Below, piece by piece: positions 11,205 to 21,387 of a stretch of DNA of 64,000 nucleotides; the first letter of the stretch is position 1; every line of letters begins with the position of its first letter. A program made the position numbers and the translations under genes. Below the pieces are notes generated by a model that worked only from the letters and a program-made list of their open reading frames with translations, ran no database searches and was not told where the DNA came from. Origin of the DNA: Nematocida ausubeli (lineage: Eukaryota); assembly GCF_000738915.1 (NCBI RefSeq), contig NW_026515636.1, positions 645,175-709,174 of the forward strand, given 5' to 3'.

Positions 11205-13523
11205 ATGATAAGCAGAGAGGACGTAAGAGGTGAAAGAGACAGAAGAAAAAAAAGAGCAGATGCAGAGAAGTTAAGAGAAGCAAATGACAGGAACAGCATC
11301 AAGGAAAATATCTTATTTAAGTTTGATAATTACACCAGGAAAACAGACAAAAACATAGCACTACTGCATAATATTACATTTGAAGTTCCAAAGAAAAGGC
11401 TTATTGCACTGATAGGAATGAGTGGGGAAGGAAAGTCTACTCTGTTTGAGAGTATTTCTGGTCAGTGTAATAGATCGCATAAGACATTCGGGACTGTTTT
11501 GGTGCAAACAAAAGAAGGAATTTTTGTAGAAAGAAATGCTGAGGAGTGGGTGAAAAGAGTAAATTACCACAGGCAAGAAGTGACACAGTACAAGAAAATA
11601 CCAGTATATGCACTCTTGCAGTCTGTAGCCAAGTGCTATGGTAAGGACATGGAGATGGTCGATAAATTACTTGTGCACTTTAGGATTGCAAAGACAAAGC
11701 ACACAATGTTTGCGATGTTATCCGGAGGGGAACAGAAGAGGGTCATGACAATTATTGGAATTATAAGCGAGAGAGAGTTAAACCTGTGGGATGAACCACT
11801 TACAGGCCTAGATTCAGAAATAGCCAAGAAAACCCTTAGGTTCATGAAGGAAAGTGAAACAACAAATATTGTAAGTATCCATCAGCCATCAGATGAGTTA
11901 ATGAATATGTTTGATTGGGTTATATTTATGCATGCTTCAACTGTCATATACGCTGGACCATATATTCAAATGGAAACATACTTCAGGGAAAGACGTATAG
12001 TTAACAGAGAAGACACCATGATCATAAATTACTTAATGAGACTGAGTGCAGATAATCCAGACAACCAGACAGATATAAATAATATTGAGTCACTGAATAG
12101 TATTACGAAGGAAATAATTAAAAGACCCAGGGGAGTACGTAGATCTGGAAATCTCTTCATATCAAATTCATTTGGTTTTAGTTACACACGGGTTAAAGAG
12201 ATTCTATCACGTTCTTTATATTTTGACAATGGCTTCAAAGGGTCTTCATTGGTTTACGAGATGATATACTATCTATTCAGTATATTTGTCTTTATAATGG
12301 GGGTTATGGTTGTAGATAGGCTAATTCTATCACAAAATGAAGGGTTTTTAAAAAGAAGTATTTTTGATCCAATTTATAGTCTACTGGATATTCTAAATAT
12401 AATGAAAGAGAGAGGGAGTCTGCCTGAGTACTACATGGAAATATTGCAGGAATGCATTTCTACTTCTGCCAGTGTAAAGTGGCTCTTTGGGGCAGTCTCA
12501 TTCTTCCAGACAGAAAGATCCATTATGTTCATTAGTATGGCAAGTTTATTCAGTAATATAACGAACTTAGACTACTTCAGGCTCTGTCAGATAAACATAG
12601 CAGAAGGACAGTTCTCAGTGCTTGAGTTCATTTTCGCACATATAATTGAAATAGTCTTCCGTAAAGTCACAATTGCCTTTGTGATTTGCGTCATCTACTA
12701 CTCAATTGCATACAAAACCATCGTAGGAGAAGATATTCAGCACATAATAACCCCAAACTACTCAGATATTGGGCTGGTATCCATGGTAACTTCTGTTATT
12801 ATGGGGATATACATACTAAGCATACAGTGCCTGCCTATTTCCTCTAAGTTACATATATATGTTGCCTTTGGTCTTCTTCTTCTTACACAGACAATTATCA
12901 GGCAGCTTGACTCCCTGGAAATATTTGTTGATACAAACACAGCCAGCCTGCTGAATGGCCTGCTTAAAGGGAATATAAGCCTGGAGAACATGAAAATACC
13001 AGAGCCCCCAGAGCACCATCCATTTTATGACACAAAAATATACATGATCCAGAAGAACCAATTCCTGGATAAATTAGCAGAAACCATGGGCACAGAAAGC
13101 ACAGAGAATATAAAGTATCATATACTGACTGTATTATCTAATGCACTTAAGACTCTGTATAAAATGGGACCATTTGGTGTCCCAGAAGAAATTCTTACAA
13201 AACTAAGAATCTACAGAGAGGAGATTTACAGTGTACAGAATGCAAATAAACTATCCTTGCGCATAGCAGGAGACCTTCAGCAAATGGAAGATAATCTTCC
13301 AAAGAAGGAGTACATGGATTATATCTATAAGACAAAGTACATTGAAAGAATGAGCCGGCCATTTAGTATCCATGAAATGTTTGAGCCCACCAAGGAAATA
13401 GATACAGTAGGAAAACAGGACATTGCAAGGTCAATTTCACGGGTATTTTTATTACCCATGATATTCCTGACATTTGCATTATTCCTTAGATACAGGCAGT
13501 TACAGCCAAAAATAAGAAGTTAA
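11205..13523 (+). CDS. ABCG-like half transporter (NBD-TMD), copy 1
   Basis: Walker A GMSGEGKST, signature LSGGEQKRV, Walker B LWDEPLTGLD, H-loop SIHQPS, C-terminal TM helices. First ATG at 11205. Confidence 0.9.
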   Translation: MISREDVRGERDRRKKRADAEKLREANDRNSIKENILFKFDNYTRKTDKNIALLHNITFEVPKKRLIALIGMSGEGKSTLFESISGQCNRSHKTFGTVLVQTKEGIFVERNAEEWVKRVNYHRQEVTQYKKIPVYALLQSVAKCYGKDMEMVDKLLVHFRIAKTKHTMFAMLSGGEQKRVMTIIGIISERELNLWDEPLTGLDSEIAKKTLRFMKESETTNIVSIHQPSDELMNMFDWVIFMHASTVIYAGPYIQMETYFRERRIVNREDTMIINYLMRLSADNPDNQTDINNIESLNSITKEIIKRPRGVRRSGNLFISNSFGFSYTRVKEILSRSLYFDNGFKGSSLVYEMIYYLFSIFVFIMGVMVVDRLILSQNEGFLKRSIFDPIYSLLDILNIMKERGSLPEYYMEILQECISTSASVKWLFGAVSFFQTERSIMFISMASLFSNITNLDYFRLCQINIAEGQFSVLEFIFAHIIEIVFRKVTIAFVICVIYYSIAYKTIVGEDIQHIITPNYSDIGLVSMVTSVIMGIYILSIQCLPISSKLHIYVAFGLLLLTQTIIRQLDSLEIFVDTNTASLLNGLLKGNISLENMKIPEPPEHHPFYDTKIYMIQKNQFLDKLAETMGTESTENIKYHILTVLSNALKTLYKMGPFGVPEEILTKLRIYREEIYSVQNANKLSLRIAGDLQQMEDNLPKKEYMDYIYKTKYIERMSRPFSIHEMFEPTKEIDTVGKQDIARSISRVFLLPMIFLTFALFLRYRQLQPKIRS

Positions 13524-13918
13524 TTTGAGCTGTCTTTCATTTCCACTGGAATATATGTATTAGTGCATATTCAATTGTATATTCAGTAGGGAAGACATTA
13601 GATAGTACTAGAATAGACTGAAATCAGATAAATATGTGAGTACGTATATAAACCAACTTATTCTTGTTAGATATACTAGTGAATTATATCATATAACTGT
13701 AATTTACTAAGATATATATCCAAGATATTTAGATAACTGAACTACTTGGTAACTGTATACACCGGAAATAAACTTGTTTTAATTATGTTCTGGTACTTCT
13801 TGCAGTCTGCATATTTTAAAGTACTTCCAACTGATTTCCTTTGAATTTTATACGTATACAATATACCATTTATAGCTGATTTATTCCATTCTGTATACGC
13901 CTTAAGTACTATCTCACT

Positions 13919-13953
13919 GATATAACCCGATATAACCCAATATAACCCGAATA
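13919..13953 (+). repeat. Telomere-like array (ATATAACCCG)x3
   Basis: gatataacccgatataacccaatataacccgaata, directly upstream of a truncated LTR. Confidence 0.95.
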
Positions 13954-13960
13954 AAATATA

Positions 13961-14113
13961 TGAGACCGACTACCGGATATGGCAAGTCAAATCTGAAACC
14001 AAGATCCCAGTGAGACACGCAGGACATGAATAAAAGTTCTTCTTTAAGTAAGATGTTGTCCTTCTTAGGTTATTACTTCCAGGCTATGATGCTTCCACCA
14101 TTGTGGCACGTCA
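13961..14113 (+). mobile_element. 5'-truncated solo LTR, family A (3' half of the Gypsy LTR at 61735-62050)
   Basis: Ungapped 153-bp match to the reverse complement of 61735-61887 with 12 mismatches (hand alignment). Ends CACGTCA. Confidence 0.93.
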
Positions 14114-14520
14114 TACTCTATATGCAGTGTATTAGTGTACTAGTGTAGACAAAACAAATATTCATGTACTCTGAAAAACAAGGGGAAAGGGGTTTATAAG
14201 CACAAGACAAAGAACTCACTTACTTCATAGACTGAAATAGTACCTGGCCACAGATAAATTCACTACTGAAATTATTCAAATAGTTCCAGTAGACACTCAC
14301 TCTGTACTATTCTCAATGAAAAATTAAATGAAATGGCAGTTATTTTAAGAAGACTGCAAAAATTGCAAAGAACAAAAAGCTTAAATAAACCAGTCTAACA
14401 GACACAAACATATTATAACCTAGCGTAAATGAATAGAGACAGCAGTATACAGCAAGAAGGAGTGCATAATTGGCAATTTTAATATTTCTGCAGTTTATTC
14501 ATGTCCATATAATAGATGCA

Positions 14521-15465
14521 CTACAATCCAATATGAAATGCATACGAAGGACACTCCCCAGAGACCTCCTTACTCTGGCACTCATCAATAGTGAACTTAT
14601 AATGCGGTAAATCGATTGGAGTACTTGCAAATTCACCCATTCCTTCTGTACTTAAAGTATTCACAGTACTATTCTCTACTGCACGGCTATCCATCTGAAG
14701 GACTGTAGATTCCCCAGAGACCATCTGATTTCCATGAATATTCTGTACATCCAACCCACTGGGTGCTAATTTCTCTACATTAGAAGGAGATTCAGGTAGA
14801 TTAAATACTGGACTAACTGTACTAATATACTCAGAAGAAGGACTCCTCTGGTCCTCCTGGGGATTATTCAATATAGCCTCATTGACAGAAGAATTTCTTT
14901 CATCCGGAAAGAATGGCTCATCTTCATTCATAGGATCCCATCCAGTAGAAGGTCTCTCGTATACAGAGGACCCTAACCGTGCATTTGGATTGAAATTCAT
15001 TCCTCCCATGAATGGATGGTTCATTTCATTATACGACAAAGAAGAAGTAGCTCTAGATGGTCTCTCATTATTTATGAAAAGAGGATTTGAGGATATATTA
15101 ATGTGGTTTACATCATGGGCAGCTGGTAAAGCAGGGGAACTTTCCCCACTTGTCTGTGCTTCTGCATATTCTTCATCTGCTTGCGTATATGGAAAGTCTT
15201 CTGGTACATCCGGTGATATTACAGTCTCAATTTCCTCTTCATCACTTGCACTCGCATCGTATGAGAGTCTCTCTCCGTACGGTGCTACAGGAGGAAGTAT
15301 CCCTTTCTCTAAGTTCCTGGCAATTCTTCTTGCCCTGGGTATTAGTACATTGTATACACATCTGAGTACACTTTTCAATTCTTTCCTTTCCATAGGGGTA
15401 TTCTTTCTCTTAAAGAATTTCAGTAATCTTTTCTTGTCTATTCTCATCTCTCTGGTTTTCTGCAT
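14521..15465 (-). CDS. Hypothetical protein (basic N-terminus, S/P/E-rich low-complexity remainder)
   Basis: 314-aa ATG ORF, divergent from RPS13 across 38 bp. Confidence 0.75.
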   Translation of the reverse strand: MQKTREMRIDKKRLLKFFKRKNTPMERKELKSVLRCVYNVLIPRARRIARNLEKGILPPVAPYGERLSYDASASDEEEIETVISPDVPEDFPYTQADEEYAEAQTSGESSPALPAAHDVNHINISSNPLFINNERPSRATSSLSYNEMNHPFMGGMNFNPNARLGSSVYERPSTGWDPMNEDEPFFPDERNSSVNEAILNNPQEDQRSPSSEYISTVSPVFNLPESPSNVEKLAPSGLDVQNIHGNQMVSGESTVLQMDSRAVENSTVNTLSTEGMGEFASTPIDLPHYKFTIDECQSKEVSGECPSYAFHIGL

Positions 15466-15503
15466 AAATTTAAATTATTTACATCCCCTGCAGAAAAAGT
15501 AAA

Positions 15504-15965
15504 ATGGGTCGCATGCACAATCAAGGAAAAGGTATCTCAGGCTCAACAACCCCATACGTTAGAGAGAGCCCAGAGTGGTTAGACGCAAACATTGATGAAA
15601 TAGAATCTAAAATAGTAGCATACGCCAAGAAAGGACTAACTCTCTCCCAGATTGGAACTATTCTTAGAGATGAGTTCCAGATTGGTAATATGAAGTTCTT
15701 CAGTGGAAGAAAGCTTCTTATGATCCTTATGAAGAACAATCTTGCCCCACAGGTGCCAGAAGACTTGGCAGCACTGGTCAAGAAGGCAGTCAGCATTAGA
15801 AAGCACTTAGAGGTCAACACCAGAGACACTGACTCAAAGTACAGACTGATTCTTGTTGAGTCCAGAATCAGCAGACTTGCTAGATACTACAAGACAAGAA
15901 AGGTCATCCCAGCAAACTGGATTCCTTCATACAGATCTGCAGTCAAGAGAAACAGTGGTCTATAA
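15504..15965 (+). CDS. RPS13: 40S ribosomal protein S13 (uS15)
   Basis: MGRMH..GKGISGS, SQIG.ILRD, D.KYRLILVESRI.RLARYYK. Confidence 0.97.
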   Translation: MGRMHNQGKGISGSTTPYVRESPEWLDANIDEIESKIVAYAKKGLTLSQIGTILRDEFQIGNMKFFSGRKLLMILMKNNLAPQVPEDLAALVKKAVSIRKHLEVNTRDTDSKYRLILVESRISRLARYYKTRKVIPANWIPSYRSAVKRNSGL

Positions 15966-16038
15966 ATAAATCCTCTATTTATGATTCTTTGGGGCCGTTA
16001 TGAGTTGGTGTTTTTTTCCCTTTATTTTAATCCCCTGC

Positions 16039-16200
16039 ATGAACAGAGAAGGCGGAAAGAAGAAGCCCCTGAAGGCAGCAAAGAAAGTAACAAAGGAACT
16101 GGATGAGCATGACTTGGAGTTCCAGGAGAATGAGAGAAAGAAGAAAAGGCTTGAGCAGGAGATGAAAGAAGCACTTCTGAAGGGTAAAAAGAAGAAATAA
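16039..16200 (+). CDS. TMA7: Translation machinery-associated protein 7
   Basis: MNREGGKKKPLKAAKK...ELDEHDLEF matches the TMA7 pattern REGGKKKPLK.PKK...DE.D..F. ATG at 16039 follows CCCCTGC. Confidence 0.85.
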   Translation: MNREGGKKKPLKAAKKVTKELDEHDLEFQENERKKKRLEQEMKEALLKGKKKK

Positions 16201-16218
16201 AAGTTCGTTGGTTTATTA

Positions 16219-16578
16219 TTATGCAGAGACAGTCTCTTCCTTGATTTCTTTGACTTCCTTGGTCTCTTTCTTTCCGTATATTCTACCGAATGAAGACTTA
16301 GCAATAATTTCTATTTCTCCGCTCTCAACAATTTGGTCAAGAATGTTCTTGGCAAGTGCAATTTCAAAGTTGTTTCTGGCAGCAATGGTTGCTGGGGTGA
16401 TGAGTGCCATAGAAAGGATTTCCTTCTTTATCTTGTTGAAGATATCCTGTGTGATGACGGAGGTCTTTAGCTGTTTGGCCTTGCTCTCTGTCTTTGTCCA
16501 CTTCTTGGTTTCTACCTTCTTTGGTGCTTTATCCTTTTTCTTTAACTGTGCCTTTGGATCGACTTTCTTTCCTGCCAT
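16219..16578 (-). CDS. RPS25: 40S ribosomal protein S25 (eS25)
   Basis: KKWTK..K, ..KIKKEI....LITPATIA.R....LAK..L: the eS25 pattern. Confidence 0.88.
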   Translation of the reverse strand: MAGKKVDPKAQLKKKDKAPKKVETKKWTKTESKAKQLKTSVITQDIFNKIKKEILSMALITPATIAARNNFEIALAKNILDQIVESGEIEIIAKSSFGRIYGKKETKEVKEIKEETVSA

Positions 16579-17052
16579 GGGTCAAAATTAAAAAGAAAAT
16601 TTATGTGCTCTGAATTTGCATAAAAGACAAAATAGTTATATAAATAGAAGAACACTTAGAGTGCAGTAATAAGACACAGAATCCTTTAATATACAGTGTG
16701 CTTACTTAAAATTGAAATAATTACTCAAATATCAGCATATGAGACACTTGTTAAAGAACTCTTGCAGGGAAATAATAGAGAGTGAGTGAGTGAGAGAGAG
16801 TGTAAGAGAGTGAGAAGGATACTTTCTGTTGTAGTGGTTGTAAAAATACTTGAATATTAGGGTATTCTTGGTCTGCTGTATATCGGGTTATAATTTGGGT
16901 TATAAATGGCTTTATTATTTTACAGCACACTTTGACAACATAAATGAGAAATAATTGAATAAATAGCTAGTTTACTGTAGTGACTGCACAGCAGACTGGC
17001 TGAATTTTTAAAGTAAAGTAGATCTCAGAGTGAATTTAAGAGAGATAGTTCA

Positions 17053-18582
17053 TTATTGGAAGAGCCATGGGGGATATGCTGGGAGTATGGCTGCTGTGTA
17101 CTCGCAGAAATATCGTGCAAATTGCTCAGAGTTTGGAAGTCTCTCAGGGAGGGACCTAGAGTGCTCTAAAGAAAGCCTTTTTCCATGTTCAAGGACCCTG
17201 GTGGTTATGTACCAGTAGGCTTGCTCATCCTGCAGGAATTCCAGCTCCTGAAGAATCCTGTATGGCTTGGAGGTTTCATCGATCACAACAAACCGGCGTG
17301 ACTGGGTTTTCATTTCTTTGCTTCTGTTTGAGGACTCATAGAGACAGATATAATACAATTTGTACAAGATGGAAATCACGGGCGTAATGCAGTCAATTAT
17401 TGAGGCATGCGGGCTGTGCTTCTTCTGGGAGGTTGAGTATATCTGAATGACTTGCTTAAAGGTTTTAAGCCTAATGGCCTGGCAGAATTCTACTATTTCA
17501 TCTATATAGAATATTTTGTCAACGTATATTAGCTCATTAATAAGAAGGCACACTTCATTTGTTATTGTGTGGGTGGATGTTCCATGAAGATACTCTGCAA
17601 TGTGCGATAGAATATTTGTAGTTCTAAGGAAGCTTAGGGTATGCGGTGACTTAAATCTGACCGTAAGGGAGATTGTATTGATCAGATAAACAATCCGGAC
17701 AGCCACTCCTGGCTGGTGGTTGCCTTGTGCAAGTTCTTTCAGGATCTCTGAGTGCACCAAGTACTTATACAAGGAGACAAGAATTGCAGAGTTATTGGGG
17801 ATATATTCAATAACCCGGATCATCTCCCGAAGGACTTCAAGGCAGGCAAGCCTATTTATTGCATCACTCTCTACAAATATCACATCGAACAAAGGAAGGA
17901 CTCTTTTTTCAATCTCCTTGTAGAAATAGGAATAGTGCCTTCCTGTTGCATTCATGTACGCTGAGTCTCTAAAGACATTTCCTGTGAAGGAGACAAAAAG
18001 ATAAAGAAACTTTGAGAGATTCTGAAGATCTTTCTGTGCCTTCTTAAGCCTAGTGAAAAACTTCAGGATCAGTGAGATGCAGTTTCTATCTGACAAAAAC
18101 TTAATCCACTGGATGAAGTTGTGCTCGCTCAAGGAGAAAAAGCAAGGAAACATCTCCACAATTCCATTGCAGTCTGAGCTCTTCAAAATCTCCTCAAAGT
18201 AGCAGAGACCGGTTTTCTTTGAAATTATCTCAAGAACGCATGCGGGTGCAGACTCCAGAAGAAGCTTCATTCCATCTGTATATATTTCATAGCACATGGA
18301 GACCACGCCATCAGAGACCTTCTTGGCATGGCCGTTCTTCCGGATGCTGCGCAGCCCAAAGATGTATTTCTCTGTGCACAGACTGTTTACCATGTGCTTC
18401 TGGAAGAGTGCGTTCTTTATAAAGTCAAGTGCCCCTAGCTTGGTGGTTTTTGGTCCCTCCGTGTACGCCTCAAGAAGCACATAGTCCACGATTGAGTCAA
18501 GCTGTGTTTGAATGAAATTATGAATATCCGCGGGTGAATCAGTCTCTTGGAGGATTTCAATGGTTCTTTCGATCCCAGCCAT
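17053..18582 (-). CDS. Hypothetical alpha-helical (HEAT/ARM-like) protein
   Basis: ~510-aa ORF. Start taken at MAGIERT (18582); the ATG at 18600 is also possible. No confident family. Confidence 0.75.
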   Translation of the reverse strand: MAGIERTIEILQETDSPADIHNFIQTQLDSIVDYVLLEAYTEGPKTTKLGALDFIKNALFQKHMVNSLCTEKYIFGLRSIRKNGHAKKVSDGVVSMCYEIYTDGMKLLLESAPACVLEIISKKTGLCYFEEILKSSDCNGIVEMFPCFFSLSEHNFIQWIKFLSDRNCISLILKFFTRLKKAQKDLQNLSKFLYLFVSFTGNVFRDSAYMNATGRHYSYFYKEIEKRVLPLFDVIFVESDAINRLACLEVLREMIRVIEYIPNNSAILVSLYKYLVHSEILKELAQGNHQPGVAVRIVYLINTISLTVRFKSPHTLSFLRTTNILSHIAEYLHGTSTHTITNEVCLLINELIYVDKIFYIDEIVEFCQAIRLKTFKQVIQIYSTSQKKHSPHASIIDCITPVISILYKLYYICLYESSNRSKEMKTQSRRFVVIDETSKPYRILQELEFLQDEQAYWYITTRVLEHGKRLSLEHSRSLPERLPNSEQFARYFCEYTAAILPAYPPWLFQ

Positions 18583-18610
18583 CCAAATAAAAATATGCAT
18601 GGATGTTTAT

Positions 18611-19741
18611 TTAAATAGAGTGGGCTGAAAGGATTTGCTTAAACAAAGCGTCAGCTCCCATTTTTGTTTCTTCCTCTGAGTAGCTTGTGCTGCAATATCT
18701 CTGTGCAATTCGCACAGCCACATCTGTGCGTATACGGGGACAAATCATCCGAAGGCACCCAATGATTGTGCGCTTGAAGTGAAGGGAATACCCACTATTC
18801 CCATAAAGAAGGTGCATGACTTCGTATGCCAGGTCGTCAACAAGAAGAATAGCGCATATTCCATCAATTGATTTTTTTGTTTCTATTGCCACATGGATCT
18901 TTAATAGCTCCAAGAAGTACTTCTTAATTAGGGATATTTTTTCAGTTCGAAGAACCCTCGGTAGTTGGTGCAAGGTGGCTTCTATTTTCTCTGAAGGTTC
19001 GTTCTCAAAATTACTGTCCTTCACAGTAAAATAGTACTCTGTTAGGGTGGTTATGCATCCCGGCATATCTACGTCTTCTTCTGGGCTTTCATCTTCTTCC
19101 TGTACAATCGGATTGGATGGAATATCGTGCGAGAAGTATGCAGACTCTGGTGAGTCATAAGAAAGTATTCCATCAGTCAAGAACTCGCTTAGAATTACAG
19201 CTCTATCCCGGAAAGAACTTCCTCCTTTACTGATCCGGTCAACCACCCCAGGAAAGTACTCAAGACAGTACTCTTCTTTTTTTTCAATCTCTGCTATCTT
19301 TATAACTGAAAGAATAAGCCACCTATCATACTCTTCAGAATATTCAAATTTAAAAGAAGAAGAAAGTGCATTTGCCAATAATCTGTGAAGATAAAGAAGA
19401 TCTTCCCCTTGCACTTCCATCTTAACTGCTTCTATAATTAATCCAAGTGACTCTCTTTTTTTCTCTTCACTGTACAGAATATTCTCTTCTATAAGGGCAA
19501 TACAAAGTGGATATTTTTTACTATTTTTAGCACCAGAAGGACATACAGAGGGCTCTATTCCTTGTGCACACTTATTATAAGAATATACACATGCATATTT
19601 CTCTAAATTTACATGTGGACAGAATATGCTTAGTCTTTTAGTCATTTCATCTGGGTTTTCAGCCTGCCCCTTTATAGTCTCTATTTGTGCTACTATGATA
19701 TTTTGGCAGGCATTTGTCTCTAGTGTGTCTGGTAAATTCAT
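18611..19741 (-). CDS. TEL2-like (TTT complex) protein, reduced
   Basis: Acidic linker (SYDSPES...EEDESPEED) followed by PGCITTLTEY...D...EKIEATLHQLPRVLR, resembling the Tel2 conserved block PxxIxDLxxxL...E.xL...P.LIR. Confidence 0.55.
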   Translation of the reverse strand: MNLPDTLETNACQNIIVAQIETIKGQAENPDEMTKRLSIFCPHVNLEKYACVYSYNKCAQGIEPSVCPSGAKNSKKYPLCIALIEENILYSEEKKRESLGLIIEAVKMEVQGEDLLYLHRLLANALSSSFKFEYSEEYDRWLILSVIKIAEIEKKEEYCLEYFPGVVDRISKGGSSFRDRAVILSEFLTDGILSYDSPESAYFSHDIPSNPIVQEEDESPEEDVDMPGCITTLTEYYFTVKDSNFENEPSEKIEATLHQLPRVLRTEKISLIKKYFLELLKIHVAIETKKSIDGICAILLVDDLAYEVMHLLYGNSGYSLHFKRTIIGCLRMICPRIRTDVAVRIAQRYCSTSYSEEETKMGADALFKQILSAHSI

Positions 19742-19777
19742 TTCGCCTGCATATAATTAAAATTTATTTGTATTTAT

Positions 19778-20677
19778 ATGTGGGACCAGTCTCGGCTAAT
19801 GGAAGATTCATACACGCCAGATGCAGCAGAAACCATCCAGATTTCGTCTTTGGCTCTTATTAAAATGCTTAAGCATGGAAGGGCTGGAGTGCCAATGGAG
19901 GTCATGGGGCTCATGCTGGGTGAATTTGTAGATGAGTATACTATCCGGGTGGCAGATGTATTTGCCATGCCGCAAAGTGGGACGGGTGTGAGTGTGGAGG
20001 CAGTTGACCCGGTTTTCCAGACAAAAATGATGGATATGCTGAAAATAACCGGAAGAGGAGAGAGTGTTGTGGGGTGGTACCACTCCCATCCAGGATTTGG
20101 GTGCTGGCTGTCGAGTGTGGACATAAACACGCAGTCTGCCTTTGAGCAGCTGTCAAAGAGGGCAGTGGCTGTGGTTATAGATCCAATACAGAGTGTCCGT
20201 GGGAAAGTGGTGATAGACGCATTTAGGCTTATTCCCATGCAGAAGTCCATAACAGGAGTAGAACCCAGGCAGGTTACCTCAAATATAGGATATCTGACGA
20301 AGCCAACTCTTGTGAGCATGATGCACGGACTGAACAGGCACTACTATTCAATCAACATACAGTACAAGAAGAATGAGCTTGAGGAGAAGATGCTCCTGAG
20401 TCTCCATAAGAAAACGTGGACAGACTGTTTGAAGATGGAGAACGTGGTGGAGTTTGAGAAGAAAGCAGAGAGAAGAAAGAAGGCGATTAAGGAGCTGGGG
20501 CACTCTCTGAAGAAGAGGGTTGAAGAGGAGAAGGCTGCAAAGGAGCAGAACGTGGAGATGGAGACAGTGGGGAAACTGGACATCAGAAGAAGAATCCTGC
20601 ACGAGTCAGAGGCATTGATGAGCGAGAATACCATGCAGCAGTTAATTACGCATATTCACAATAGAATATTTTCGTAA
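19778..20677 (+). CDS. RPN11: 26S proteasome lid deubiquitinase RPN11/PSMD14
   Basis: [27 protein letters not shown] and JAMM motif [17 protein letters not shown]. Confidence 0.98.
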   Translation: MWDQSRLMEDSYTPDAAETIQISSLALIKMLKHGRAGVPMEVMGLMLGEFVDEYTIRVADVFAMPQSGTGVSVEAVDPVFQTKMMDMLKITGRGESVVGWYHSHPGFGCWLSSVDINTQSAFEQLSKRAVAVVIDPIQSVRGKVVIDAFRLIPMQKSITGVEPRQVTSNIGYLTKPTLVSMMHGLNRHYYSINIQYKKNELEEKMLLSLHKKTWTDCLKMENVVEFEKKAERRKKAIKELGHSLKKRVEEEKAAKEQNVEMETVGKLDIRRRILHESEALMSENTMQQLITHIHNRIFS

Positions 20678-21387
20678 ATAAACCATCCTGTCTATCTGTG
20701 GCACTTTAGTATATAGTAGACTGCTTATGCAGACTATTCTTGTATTTTTAGTGATTTAATTATATTATTTCTACTTTCTTTATTTTCAGACGAAAAGAAA
20801 ACCCATCAGATTATCTGGAATATTGAAGGGTTTTTCATAAATTTCAGATAGAGGCAAAATATATCTCAGAAAATGCAAAGTGCAGTAGGCATGTAAAGAC
20901 AAAATAACACATCTTCTGGACATACTATGGCTGGTAGAATTTGGAGTAGGATATGTGATGATCGCCATACTTTATGGTGTTACAAATTTATGTAATATCT
21001 TGCAGGTGGTCTTTTTATGTATGGAGTATAAAGCATTAGTAAAACAATAGTAGTATTTTAGCACAAGCAGACATTTATTCCCGGATTTTGAAGCTAAAGC
21101 ATATTTGCATGCCTCTGTTCTGCAGCTGCATTAGAATAGACTTGTCTACTCCTAAATACCAAGCATGCTAGCACATATTTTCCTAGAGGGTGGTGAAGAG
21201 TGTGCTTTAGCTTAAAAAGTAGTAAAATTATCACTCTTGCATGAGTGTGCTGCAGGCTTATTTAACTCTTGCACAAAATATCTCTGAATATTGTGCACCA
21301 AAATACTCTTAGATAGCTTACTTAGAGTCCATTCTGAAGTAAGCACATAAAAGAAAACGCAGTGCGCATAAAGCGCTTAAAGTCATT

